Program-made: the position numbers and the translations under genes | Source of the DNA: Phoronis australis | Lineage: Eukaryota; Animalia; Phoronida | Length of the DNA: 64,000 bases | Direction of reading: 5' to 3' | Assembly: GCA_002633005.1 (NCBI GenBank) | Contig: NMRA01000395.1 | Location: forward strand, 292,994 to 356,993 | Notes under the pieces: generated by a model | The model's input: the letters and a program-made list of their open reading frames with translations, nothing else | Database searches by the model: none | Told to the model about the DNA's origin: nothing | In this document: positions 50,333 through 63,359 of the stretch, piece after piece | How positions within the stretch are numbered: position 1 is the stretch's first letter | How the letters are laid out: every line of letters starts with the position of its first letter

Positions 50333-53020
50333 TCATACCTCGGCCAACACGATGGCTGACCTCAGTACTGGATCATCAGACGTTGCTTTACGGATGTTCA
50401 TCTTCTTGTCGTGAGTAACTTGCAGGCTTGTCTCGATTGACTGTACATGTAGTTGAACATCTTGGTCAGTTGAAGAATCTTTTAGGGCGAGAGGGCTTCT
50501 TGATAACGCATCACACACATGCATATCCTTTCCTGGGACATGTGCTGCTGTGACATCATATCTCATCAGTCTCATTAGAAGCCTCTGGCAGTGTAGGGGT
50601 ACTTCAACCAGGCTCTTGGAGTTGATAAGAGGGACAAGAAGCTTGTGGTTGGTATATATTGTGACATTGCTGCGCCCACAGATATAGCGGTCAAACTTTT
50701 TGCATGCCCACACACTCGCCAAAGATTCTTCCTCAATCTGGGCATACTTCTGTTCACTCTGTGTGAGAGTGCGAGAACAAAAGGCTATTGGCTTAAAAAT
50801 GCTATCCGGCTGTTGTAACAACACACCACCCAGACCATAAGAACTGGAATCAGCGCTTACAATAATTGGCTTTGTCACATCATAGTAAGACAAGACAGGA
50901 GTTGATGCAATAAGCTTTTAAATGCTTCTTCTTGGGACGCATCCCAAGTCCATTGGCGGTCTGACTTCAGTAGATCATTTAGTGGACCGGTGACAGAGTT
51001 CAGGTCAGGTAGATATGAACCAAGGTAGTGTACCATTCCCATGAACTGACGAACTTGAGTGACTGACTTGGACGGCTGCATTTGTAGGATGGCTGTAACC
51101 TTGCCTGGGTCGGCCCGTATTCCATTCTTACTGAATAGGTGACCTAGGAACTTCTGAGCTCTTGTTTCCTGTACAAGCATTTATCTTGGTTAAGCTTCAA
51201 GCCAGCTCGGTGAAGGGTTTCAAGGACCTTTGACAACCTAGCGTTGTGTTCGGCAGCATTCGCACCATACACCAAGATGTCGTCCATATACACAAACACG
51301 CCGTCCAGGCCCTCTAGTACTTCTAGCATTTTCCTCATGAAGATTTCAGGAGCAGAAGTGATGCCGAATGGAAGACGACGGAAACAATAACGCCCAAATG
51401 AGGTTATAAAAGTAGTTAAGTCCTGGCTCTCTTCTGCTAGAGGGATCTGGTAGAAACCACTCGCTGCGTCAAGACATGAGAAAATTGTTGCTCCCAGGAG
51501 TTTCGAAGTCACATCCTCTAGGGTTGGCAGGACGAATCTTTCTCATTGGATGTTCACATTCAACTTCTTTAGATCGTCACAGAGTCTGACTTTGCCCGTT
51601 TTTTTCAAAACAGGTACCATCGGGGTACACCACAGCGTAGGACGAGTTACAACCTTGATGATTCAAAGTTTGGTAAGACGGTCAATCTCCTCTTTCACTT
51701 TCTTCTCAAGTGGAAACAGAATACGTTGAGCTACGTTTAGGGCATATGGCTGGGCATTCTCTTTCAGGGATATCTTGACTGGGTCAGTATTGAGAAGTCC
51801 TATATCTTCAGTAGCGGAGTTAACTCGAACGATAAGGTTCATCTGACTGGCTACTCCCTGGCCAAGAAGACTTTCAACTTTCCCATCAACCACCATCACA
51901 CGAAAATGATAATTCTGTCCCTTGAACACAGTTCTTGCGATGAACTGTCCGCGACAACTAATAGGACTGCCAGGGCTTGACAGCTTAGCCTTGATATCTT
52001 TCAGAGGAGGTCTTGGCTTGATATTGAGATACTGGGAGTACGACATGATGGACACATCAGCACCGGTGTCTAGAATGTTTCTGAAGAGTTGCCCAAGGTG
52101 AGAGTCACCTCCCAAGCGGGGTCGTTATCACCACAGCTTACAACGCCTAGGAAGTAGTCAACATTTACTGCACCACAGAACTGATCAGCCTGTTGGTCGT
52201 CCTCCTCTTCGTAACCTTCATTGACTTTGTTCTTACGGCATACGGAGGCGAATTGACCCTGTTTCGAACAGAACCGACATATTTTCCCTCTGGCAAGGCA
52301 GACTTCAGACCCAGGGGATCTATGGACGTAACCACAATTAGGGCATTTCTTCTTCCCCGATTGCTTGGAGTTGGATTGGCTCTGACACTGGTGTGATGAT
52401 TTCTTGGACGATTTCTTTTTCTGACTTTTGCCCCCCTTTTTCACGAAACTGACAGATGCACCTTCACTCTGGTTAGACTGGACAAGTTCTTTGTATCGAG
52501 CAGTGTCTATGGCCTTTGACAGTGTTAGGCTTTCCTGTTCCATTTGAAGATCACACGACAACTCTTTGTCGGTCATCCCTGAGATAAGACGGTCTCGAAT
52601 ATGCTCATCTTCTTTTTCGCCGAAATTACAATGAGCTGCTAGTTCATGTAGACTTCAAACAAAACTTTCAACTGACGCATCCTGCTGTTGGCTACGTTGA
52701 CAGAATTTCGTTCTCTCATGGATAGTGTTTTACGTGGAACAAAATAGTCCTCGAATTTCTGAAGAACCGTATTGAAATCGTCTTTTGGGTCTGGTGGATT
52801 TGGCACTTCCGCTGTTGGAACAGGTGTTTCAAATTTGAATGACTTGAAGATGTGTTCGGCTTGACGACCCATCATATACACAAGTGCACAGACTTGTACA
52901 TCAGCTTTTTCATCCCTGATTTTCTCTAGAATGTAGTAACGCATAAACCTGATTTTCCAGTCTAGCCATGACGATGGTTTTGAGAAATCAAATGCTTCCG
53001 GTGCTTGATATTTAGGCATT
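50333..53020 (-). pseudogene. Gypsy gag-protease-RT-RNase H, fragmented
   Basis: ORF-track fragments 52639-53091, 52070-52576, 51663-52115, 51144-51512, 50875-51180 and 50333-50893 carry consecutive motifs. Confidence 0.9.
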
Positions 53021-53179
53021 GTGTACGATATAGTAGTGCTACACACACAATGATTGACAGTACACAGTAGTAGAAGATATTGACAGTTCACGAACGAGCT
53101 AGTCTATAGATTTGACGATCAGTGACACCGACAGTAATGACACAAATTCGACTTGACTGGTGTTATAACTTGACTTTAA

Positions 53180-54896
53180 AGGCGAAGGCAACCTTTTTTC
53201 ATGTATGAAAACCTCTTTCAAACACAACTCTGTGTTACGGTTTTACGTGGGTTTATTCTAGAGATCTACAAGATACATCTATTCACTATGCTGTCTAACT
53301 CTCAACTGAAAACTTGTTTGTCAGAACTAAAGATCATATGCTCATGAGTCATAATCAGATTTCGGAGAATTGTTTTGCACAACTTACACAATCTATGATT
53401 CTAGCTACTAGTGCCATATAAGGTTATGTTTTGGACTATGCAAGTTTAATGAAAACCACGAACATAACACTTTTAGCAAAAATGAGGTTTGTTTATTATC
53501 CCAGACACATTTTTCACTTAATTACAGTTTTTCGTATTTTGATTAATTTCTTGTCGGAAGTGACGTTTCGGGAGGCAAGAGTTTTGCGCCAATTTCTTTT
53601 CATTATGTTCTGACTGTGAGAGCTGTTGAGTCAGTCATTGTTCTACCTCGGTTGGGATAAGTTCGGTCGTCGTTTGCTTTTGTTTACTAGTCAGTCAACA
53701 TGCCACGCTGTTGCTGCGTGCCGGATGTACTCATTATCGTCTCACACGCACTTTGGGTACCTTGCGTCGCTTTCCGAAGGATGACACACTTCGCCGTACT
53801 TGGCTAGCTTGTTCATGTGAAGACCACAACGCTACCCGTCCATGCAACGTACAAAGCAGTGGAGGGTTACCGAGTGTGTGGCAAGCATTTTCTGCAGTCA
53901 GATTATGACAGAGATATGGACGCTGAATTGACAAAGGTCCCTGCGAAACAATGCCTGAAGAAGGGTACCATACCGTCACTGTTGATTCCCGGCAGTGCCC
54001 CGTCGCCAACCCCGAAAAGTGCGTTTTTGAAGCGAGAAGCCTCGCGAGCTGTGGCCACTATATATAGTGACTGGAGGCACTTCATCTACTGTCACCCGTG
54101 CCTCTGAACGTACCCCATTGCGTGCAATTCCGGGAACTAGCAGTGATTTGCCCTGTGCTGTTTTCTCTAGCCTAGAGCCTGTAAGCAGCCCTGCAGCGAT
54201 GTTGAGTAGTGAGAGTGAATACAGGCTCGCTTCGACACCCAGTGAAGAGGACAGTTCGTCATCCAATGAACAGATCGGTGAGCCTAAGTTTGATAAGTTT
54301 ATTGTGGAGTTGTATTGGAGCGAGGGAGTCACATGGCGGGATGTAAGCAGTTTGGGTGCTCAGATCACCCTCCAGTGGGAGTGTGTCTCGGGACACTCGG
54401 GCAAGTGGGACAGTTCATCTTCGGTACGTGAGACCATAATGAGTACACCCCAGTACGCAGCAACAGCGTGGCATGTTGCCTGACTCATAAGCAAAAGCAA
54501 ACGACGACCGAACTTATCACAACCGAGGTAGAACAATGACTGACTCGACTGCTCTCACAGTTAGACTATATGAAAAGACATTGGCGCGAAATTCTTGCCT
54601 CCCAAAACGTCACTTCTGGAGTAGACAACAAGTAAGTAATTGAATTACGAAAAGCAGTAAATAAGTGAAAAATATGTCTGGGATAATCAACGAACCTTAT
54701 TTTTGCTAAAAATGACATGAAAGACTTGACAAGGAAACAGGAGTCGATCCTACCTTTCGAGTTATCAATTTCGTGCCGACTGACATGCAGGGAATGCTGA
54801 ATTGACGATATTACAGCTGTGTACGTAGACAATGTGGTCACAAACAAGCGATAATTTCATCCTCAAAAATCTACTTTTTCATTCGACCATCCACCT
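53180..54896. mobile_element. Kolobok-like THAP element nested in the Gypsy leader
   Basis: Left end ttaa|aggcgaagg and degenerate right end ccatccacct|tcaa. THAP remnant on + from 53700 (MPRCC..., FPKDDTLRRTW, RVCGKHF..DY, LKKGTIPSL), then WECVSGHSGKWDS. Internal inverted repeats 53471-53748 / 54428-54711. Confidence 0.6.
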
Positions 54897-54970
54897 TCAA
54901 ACTATAGTCCTAACCATTTTCTGAGGCTTTATCTTTCGTTTTCAGTGATTTTCATTTAGTATTTCGAAGT

Positions 54971-54988
54971 ATCCCACTCCTGACACCA
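54971..54988 (-). promoter_or_regulatory. Primer-binding site of the Gypsy element (tRNA-Leu-type)
   Basis: Minus strand CA|TGGTGTCAGGAGTGGGAT, complementary to a tRNA 3' end (..CCA) and directly after a CA LTR end. Confidence 0.8.
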
Positions 54989-55342
54989 TGTTTTAAGGCT
55001 ACCAAATGAGTGATGATAAAACCTCGTTGTTTACATGAAACCGGAAGTACACTATTTATTTGCTGTGGGAATGACGTCAATACAAAATGCCGACTGCCAT
55101 TGGCTAATATAATCAGAAATACGAAAACTAAAATATATCAATAATAATATAACAGATATCAGTAACCTACTTTTAACTCATGGTTCATGTACTCTTTGAG
55201 TTTCAATATTTTGCCTGAGATTGTCTGAATTTAAAAAAAAATAAGTGTCAGAAATCTTGACCTGGTCAGTTAAAATGTGTTTCTTATTTTAAGTCTATGT
55301 TGCATAACGTGCTTGTTACCATGACTACTGTGACTGTTGTAG

Positions 55343-55380
55343 GTCCTTCCCGAAGACAGGTAGCAGAAAACTGTGTTTGA
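55343..55380 (+). CDS. Probable terminal coding exon of the receptor PTP
   Basis: tgttgtag|GT CCT...GTT TGA, phase 1 as required. Encodes GPSRRQVAENCV* and is followed by long AT-rich UTR-like sequence. Confidence 0.55.
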
Positions 55381-55623
55381 ATGGACAGTCAAGCACATTC
55401 CGTTAGCAGACAATCTCTCCATTGGAAGTATGCCTAGCAAGTTATGTAACCATAGTTATCATTATTAAAGAAAATTATGTTGAAATATACCTGTAACAAA
55501 CTGCCATTTCACTTATTTAAACCATAATGTGTAATTGACTATTTTGACTTGCTTCAAGTTGGTAAATTTATGCAGAAACTGGTGTCGGTGTTTGATGATG
55601 TACGTGCTGCACAACCAGTCATC

Positions 55624-55782
55624 AATTCTCACCCTAAGCACTGTCTATATAATTAGTGTAAATTCTCACCCTAAGCACTGTCTATCTAACTAGTGTAAAT
55701 TCTCACCCTAAACACTGTCTATCTAACTAGTGTAAATTCTCACCCTAAACACTTGTCTATCTAACTAGTGTAAATTCTCACC
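55624..55782. repeat. 37-bp tandem repeat x~4
   Basis: aattctcaccctaaacactgtctatctaactagtgta units. Confidence 0.9.
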
Positions 55783-58700
55783 AATATGGGACATAATATG
55801 GCAAACAAGTGAAATTTTATTTTCTCATTTTTTGTAAAAGTTATGAAGCATCAAATTTATGTTTTACTGTGTTCAACTTCTGTAACCATAGCTACCATGA
55901 AAAAAATATTTTGAAAAATTGTGGCCATTCACAACAATGTTAAATGACCTGAAAAACAACATTTTTAATTTTTACAATTATTTTTGTCCTCATTTGGTAA
56001 AATTTTATCGTTGTCAACTAATCCATATAAATAGTATGTAGCCAGTCTGCTAACCTCACCATAACCACTCTGTAGCTAGTCAGAGTTCCTTAGTCATGAA
56101 GAGAAGTACACTGCAATGTTGTAATACAAAATGATTGATGTCTCTCAATTCAAGGAATGCAAATTTTTGTTGTTTTTCCTTTTCATCATTAAATTGAATC
56201 TGTTGTTAATATTGTTATTGTTTATTAATTTTAACTTGTTGAGATCAATTGAGGCATATCTCTTAGTAGCCTATAACCCTGAAATAAAGTTAACTACAAT
56301 GTTATATTTATGGTTGCTTTCCATTTATTTGTTTAGCTTGCTCAACTGACATATAATACCATACTAAGCTAATTAATGTTTCTGACTGGTTCAGTTATTT
56401 TACTTTTTAAAAACGTAATGTTGCAGCCAGACAACTTGAGAAACGTGTTACAGCCTGGTCCCAAACACAAGTTAGGTTGTACTCTACCCCATTTGTAGGA
56501 CTAGCACGCGAGATGGCTGTTCCCACACCAGATAGGTTGTACTCTACCCCATGTGTAGGACCAGAATGTGACATGCCTCCCAGGTTGTCTGTGATTTGAC
56601 CCCTTGAAGAACTGTAAAACAACCCAATGTTATGAGTGTTTTCACATAATTATGCTCTCATCATTTGGGTTTTGAGGGGCTAAGTGCTCTGTAAATTGCC
56701 TTGCAGTTTTGCTGACGGTAGCTGTAAATCCATCAATTGTTATAGATAAATTGCCTTTGATTGGTGTTTATTGTTTTAAGATTACTACAATCACTTTGTT
56801 TTTAGTCTACTCTGTTTAGGAAAAAGACCATGCTCGTTGTCTATTGGGAGAAAATTGTTTTATTAACCCTGTTGGTTTTGAATAAATGATGCTCATTGTC
56901 TATTGAGAGAATAACCCTGTTGGTTTTGAATAACTGCTCCAAATTTTGACTGAGTACTTATTATTGAATAAACAAATTTATTTTACCAAACTCTCTGTCT
57001 GTCTGTACGTGTGCATGTATGTCTGTCTCTATCTGGTGTTTTTGTACGTAATTTTCACTGTTACCAAAATCTTTATTATTGGCTTTACAGGCATGTTTGA
57101 CAGATATGTCTGATGGCAAATCTTCGGTATTTTTGTAAAGTGGTACATCAGTAGTCACAATTGTTTGTAAATGGTTTGAGAAAAGTTTACAAACAGCAAA
57201 TGTATCTACTTGGAAAGCGAAATATTAAGAATGTGATTGTTTATTTTCTCACACTTGTGCCACTTTGATCAAAGGTTTTCGTCAGACATTTTATCACTTA
57301 TACCAGATAAAGTACATTAGTGTATCATATGGTCCATCTACCAAATATCTTTATAGAACTATTTAGTGAATTATTAACAGCATTCATTACATTGTGTTAG
57401 ATTTATTTTTATCACTATTTAGCCAGGTTACCCATAAGATATATCGTCCTTACTTGTGTATTAATAGCTTTAAATCCTAATATACTGTGCCATCTGGTGT
57501 CCAACTACGCTACCTGTTGTCCTGCAGTGCCATATATTTTAAAAGCTTGAAGGCACTTGTCATTCAGTGCCATGAGTTGGCATTCTTAGTTGTACTCAAC
57601 TATGTATTGAGTGGAGTTCTCGCTTTCAGGTTGATTTAGTTGCCCATTTGAATTTGTCAATCATTGTTTGTGACTTTAGCAGTATGATATACCAGTGAGA
57701 GAATTTGAAATAAATTCTTATGCCAAATGATTCTTACCAAACTTCGTTACTGTTTAGGAAATAATAATATCTACTTTGTGTACACTAGGGAACATGCCTT
57801 CACCCACTTGTCAGTCAATACCATCCCAAACTACACACTAGTGTACAGTGTCACTTAATCTACTGGACTGTGTTGTAATGTTCATGTCACTTGTGACTAT
57901 TGTTAACTTCACGTCTACTTATGAAAATCTCCTGTACAAGAGACTACAGCATACAGGCCACTCATTACAACCAACCTTACTAATTAACATAATTAACATT
58001 ATGAGTAGACCCCAAACAATGGGTAAGTTTGATAGAAAATGCGGTCTGAGATTCACAATTTATTAAATTGACAAAATAAATAGATAACATTTCCATCAAC
58101 ATCACAATACATGCAAGCTATGCAGCATAAACAACCCAAATGTTCACAAGTTTTCAAATACAAAAAAGCACCCTTCAACATACAAATCTGGAGACAGCTA
58201 TACAAACACAGACTTCAAGTATTTTTTGATAACAAGAAAAATGTCACAATAAAAACGAATTAAATAAGAATTCTATTGTGAAAAGTCAGCAAGTGGCACT
58301 TGTCACTGCAAGTGGCACCTGGCACTACAAGTGGCACTTGGCACTACAAACAGTTCAACTTAAAATGACTACCATTAAAATCATTGATCTCAGTTCTTAA
58401 CATTTTTCATTACAACATTTCACCCCAGTCTGTGCTGAACTCAACTTGAGAGAAAAAAATCACATGTTAAGTAACAAAGTGCAAAATTACATCGCTACAC
58501 ATTACTTGCAGCAAAAGGTTTAGCATATGCTCATCAGTCGAGCAATCCACAAATTATTCAGATTTTAAAAACTGTATTAATCTGCAAAGATGAATTTTGT
58601 GTCATCTCTTCTTATTTTAGTTTTTTAGTGTTTGAACACTAACATGTAAAGAACACAAAATGTCACATGGAAGGTGCAGTTAGGGTTAGGGTGCAGTTGG

Positions 58701-58852
58701 TGTCAAGTGTCAACTACTGCACAGTGTTATTAATATCAAACAGTGATTCAACAATCATTCCACAAATGGTTTCTAAAACATCTTAAAATGATTTGAATTG
58801 ACGTTTCTTTTTTGTCACCTTGTTTTTACTGAAGATACGTTCCAACAGCCAG

Positions 58853-59010
58853 CAGAAGTTGTCACCAACCACACAGTAGAAGTTGTCACCCACCACACAG
58901 TAGAAGTTGTTACCCACCACACAGTAGAAGTTGTCACCCACCACACAGTAGAACTGGTCACCCACCACACAGTAGGACTGGTCACCCACCACACAGTCGA
59001 ACTGGTTACA
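58853..59010. repeat. 24-bp tandem repeat x~6.5
   Basis: agaagttgtcacccaccacacagt units. Confidence 0.9.
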
Positions 59011-59654
59011 TTCCAGGTTCACCCATCACATGAATCCATGATGATAATCATTTGTAAATTGGTGGACCTCCAAAAACAGTGACAAGTTCTCTTAGGAATG
59101 TAAAACACATAGCTTGCCATCAATTATGCCACAATTGAAGCCAGTTTGTACAAACAATATCTTACACACTTACTGTTCACCAATGACAGCAGTGAACCAA
59201 TTGTAAATAATTTGCTTGCAATAACCAGTCATGAAACTATCTTTTAGTGACAATTCACCAAATATTTTAGTGACAACAAAAACAGGCACTAAAATTTGAT
59301 GCACGATTTCCTTTTATATAAATAGCAGTCAACAATGAATCATATTTGATCATTGAAACTTGCTCATATGTATGTCCATGCTCATATGTAGGCCAATGCA
59401 CATATACCTGCAATAACACTTAAGGTAAATCCTTTTGGGCAAAACGCCAAAGAGTAACTTTTCAAAATAACATGTAACTAAAGCTCGTTTCCAGAAAGTT
59501 TGAAATAACACACGACATTTTCTCCTCACTACGAAGACATCAGCCTCACACCCATCGAGGAACTGATGTAGTCACAGAGGTGGACACAAAACTTAATATT
59601 GCCATGTCAACAATTTGAACTTTAAATTAAGTGTTTGTTAGTGCCCTTCTCATC

Positions 59655-59775
59655 TTAAGTGAGACCGAATCCTTTTCCATTCTCTATGGCTGTGTACAGG
59701 TGACGTTTTAACTTGTCAGCAGATGTGTATGCTGGCAATAGTAGTCTGTTGAAGCAGGTCATCGCCGTTGGCAAC
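59655..59775 (-). CDS. HECT E3 ubiquitin ligase (UBE3A/HECTD2/small-HERC-like), last exon
   Basis: ttttag|G TTG...TAA. Encodes [39 protein letters not shown], with the catalytic Cys and terminal GFG motif. Confidence 0.93.
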
Positions 59776-60289
59776 CTAAAAGGCAGAAGTAAAAGACAGT
59801 GTTGGCAGGCAAAAGGATGAAAGCATGGTACTGTGTGTTGTTAAAGTTAGAGATGACACTTATACGACATATTGAGTTGTTGAATATTTGCTAATTATAA
59901 AATAACCTTTCAGGGTAATTCTGTATAATAATACGATTTTGTGGCACAAACTCTGCCTTCTACAGTCAGTGTGGGCAGATTTCGTCACCATGTGCCTACA
60001 GCCTGGTCTTCTCCAAATGTGCCATATGTATTTGATGGTGGGGGTAATCACTACTCCAGGAGGGATTGAACTAACATTGCAGACATAGAGTTGAATATAT
60101 TACCATGGCCATGACTGCAGTGCAGGGTGTGGTGAATATATTACCAAGGCCATGATTGCAGTGCAGGGTGTGGTGAATATATTACGAAGGCCATGATTGC
60201 AGTGCACGCTGTGGTATCCTAACAGCTAACTAAAGCTTCAATGTTAAATTAGTCAACTGTTTGGTATCATACAACTGTAGTGTGATCAC

Positions 60290-60504
60290 CTGTCAGACTG
60301 CCCTGTACCGTTCCTCTGTATCACAATGGGTAGGTGGGAGAGCCCTTTGAGGGGCACGCGGTCACTGCCTGTGATGAAATGGAGCAGCATCTTCTTATGT
60401 TCTCCACTCATCTCATGAACGACAGACCAGAACGCTCTGATGACTTGATGGTCTTCACTGAACCCGTCGTCATATGAGACCGAGGATTGCAATGCATGGA
60501 AATC
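60290..60504 (-). CDS. HECT E3 ubiquitin ligase, penultimate exon
   Basis: gactag|GAT...GAC AG|gtgatc, 215 nt. Encodes DFHALQSSVSYDDGFSEDHQVIRAFWSVVHEMSGEHKKMLLHFITGSDRVPLKGLSHLPIVIQRNGTGQSD. Confidence 0.9.
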
Positions 60505-60745
60505 CTAGTCAGAAAAGATTCATATAAACCACTACAGAATAGTAGGAAATTCAAAATACATTTTACACGACAATGAATCCAAAGGTAATTAGTTTGATTA
60601 TACACTAAATGGCGGACCAAACACAAAAACATTCAAGTAGTCCAGACTGAGTGCTTGCAGGTGATAAAAGACAGTTGCCATGATGTTATATTATATACCA
60701 TTTGTTGTGTTGTGTAACTCTTATCAAAGGTAATTACTGCATTAA

Positions 60746-63075
60746 GGCAGGTAAATACACAAAAAATTAATTTTGACTGTTTTTTTACATTTTTATGTCA
60801 TCCTAATCTTTAATTCTTGATGCACATCATAGTGAAGAAAACTAAAATCATTCTGAAAATCCAAAGTTGTTTTTTAATTATATTTGACCAAGCTTCAGTA
60901 AGTCAGTCATATGGCTTGAGTGCTCACCAGCTCCGTGACTGACAAGTGGGGCGGAGCTTATACAAGGACACTAGCTCTAATCTAATCCTGTCAACAAACA
61001 TTGCGTAACCAGGCAATCAAGAGTGCTGTACCAGCTGATATAGATGATGTAGCGAGACCAAGAATAAAATAATTCTATTTTTGACCATGTGAAAGTTGGT
61101 GGTGAAATGGTGAAATCCTGTTCCAAGCCTGAGCCTGTTTGTCCATCAGCAAAAAAATTAAGTTGTACGCTAAGTCCTACAGAAGCCATCGCTGCACTCA
61201 GCTCGAGGAGTTAGTGCAGAAATTGGGCGTGTGCAAGAGAATTCGAAAAGGTGAGGTGTCTTGTGAGAGGATGCTGAGCGTCGACGTGGGTGGTGTTGCA
61301 CGATTTGATGAGAGTGTGCGCACGCGCTGTGAAGACACGCCGCACGCGCGAGACATGGACAACTACATGCCGTTGGAGTAGAGTTTCTGGAGATAAACCG
61401 TGCTTCTGTGCTAGGAACACGCCGTGGAGAAACTAGGCTGCCAAACTCAGTGGATTTTTGAACTTGCCGCCAGCAGTAACCCAAAGAATTAGAGAAATGA
61501 CCATACCACAGATTCAAACGTATCCCTGAACTAAAACTCATGATACTATTATACGATTTTAGTAGAAAGCAAGACAGGAAACTTTGGTAACTTGAGAATC
61601 TCACCCAAGCGACGCTATTTGTACAGAAAGTGCTATTTTTTATCCCAAAGTCCATTCGATCAAAATGTTAGCGGTACAGGCACATGAAAATGTTGAACCA
61701 TTAGGGTGAAAGTAGTTCTTGATCCTCGTTGCCAATATTGTTATCATATGCAGACAGTAACGCGGCGATTTGATGTAACACATGTTGGTTGATGAAGAGA
61801 CGGTAACTACATATAACATTATAACATTGGAATATCAACAAATAGGTCTATGTGAGAGAGTCTTTTGCCACACTGAGTGGAGAGTGCAGATGAGTCGCAT
61901 AAACAATCAACACATGGTTTTAATGATGTGTGGTCGGCACACCAGGGCCCGGTCTCCAATCTTTTTACTCGAAATGGAACTCGAAATTAGGTTTGGCATT
62001 TTCTACTCTACTTTTGGCGAACTCAAGATAAGTGTCTATTATTCTGTACTCGAGTACACAATAACTTATGTAGATAATTTATTGCCCTTCGTTCAAAGTT
62101 TGTAAACCCAATATTAAAGCAATAAGTTCGAGTTTGAACTCGAAATTTCGAGTTTTTACTCAAGTTTGTGGCACGAATATAAGAGTCTTCAAGGGCAAAC
62201 TTGAATTAGAAACTCCTATGCATAAACTACAATGTATTCGAGCACAGTCTGATAACCAATTATCTTAAGTTTGCACGAAAGGAGCAGAGAAATTGCCAAA
62301 AAGTTTTGAGTTCGTTTCGAGTACAAAGATTAGAGACCGGGCCCAGAACAGCAGACAATAGATTAACGCTAAGCTCCGCCCACGTGACAGCAATATTCGT
62401 TTTGGTCGTCTGTTGTGCTTCACAAGTTTGCAAAAATGATAAAAAGTACGCTGTGAACAAACAGGTATGTAACATTTTCAAAACATGAAGTAGTACATCA
62501 ACAAAAATTGGAACATAATGACTGTATTCTAATCGAATTGAATTATGATCTCAAGTGGCAATCGATGCCCGCTGAAGTTCAAAGCCGTTTTTCTCGGCTC
62601 ATGATTTCAGGGTAGTGACAAGATTCTCACGCCTATTTTTCCGCAACACATGGGTTAATTTTTATGAAATTTGCAAATTTGAAATCCTCCAGAACTGAAG
62701 GAAAATCGCGTGCCAGGGTTTTTTGATACATGGACCAGATTTTTAATTATTAGACGGAAAGTGACCAAAAAGTGGCGTGCTTGCCACAACTCACACGTAA
62801 AAATGCCACAAAATCAAGATTGTTCATATATTTGGTATGTATAACTAGAATATTGCGTTAGGAAACAGTTGATGATAATCCCTGTACATTTTGAAAAAAA
62901 ATCGAGGTATAATTGGATTTTTTGAAAATTAAAAAATACGAGATGAAAAAAACGAACTACAATAAAAACTTTTTTTTGATTTTTGTCACTTTGAGAGTCA
63001 ATTCTAACTAGTTAAAACACTTTATACTTATTTTAGATAGGAACCTTGAGATCTGACCAGTGTATACACCCACCC
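60746..63075. mobile_element. Probable TTAA-flanked non-autonomous DNA transposon
   Basis: ttaa|ggcaggtaaatacac ... gtgtatacacccaccc|ttaa, imperfect TIRs. Confidence 0.45.
61946..62343. mobile_element. PIF/Harbinger-like MITE
   Basis: ~35-bp TIRs ggcccggtctccaatcttttta.. / ..tacaaagattagagaccgggcc and a 3-bp TSD CAG. Confidence 0.8.
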
Positions 63076-63359
63076 TTAACACTAGGATAACTCTAATCAA
63101 AGCTGTAAGGGGGTTTTGCAGCAAATTTTGATTAAGGATAAATGGTAACTGATCTGGCAAAGCAATCCCTGTTACAACAATAATAAGAAAGGTTTGGAGG
63201 GAGACAGTTACTGGGAGACTTTAGTTGCAAGGAGACCTTAGTTGCTGGGAGGCCTCAGTTGCTGGGAGAGCTTAGTTGCTGGGAGTCTTTTAGTTGCTGG
63301 AAGACCTTAGCTGCTGGGAGACCATAGATGCGGGAAACATTCAGCTTTTGAACTGAGTA

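Larger units (their letters stand above)
49090..55120 (-). mobile_element. Ty3/Gypsy LTR retrotransposon, decayed; boundaries approximate
   Basis: Order gag (MPKYQAPEAFDF..., two Cys knuckles), protease (LDTGADVS), RT (YMDD), RNase H (DSSSYGLGGVL, ADALSR-like), integrase (HDGH, SDNGPQF), with a PBS upstream. Many frameshifts. Confidence 0.9.

Noticed and set aside
58680-58691. Telomeric TTAGGG repeat
   Set aside because: Only two units, compatible with chance.
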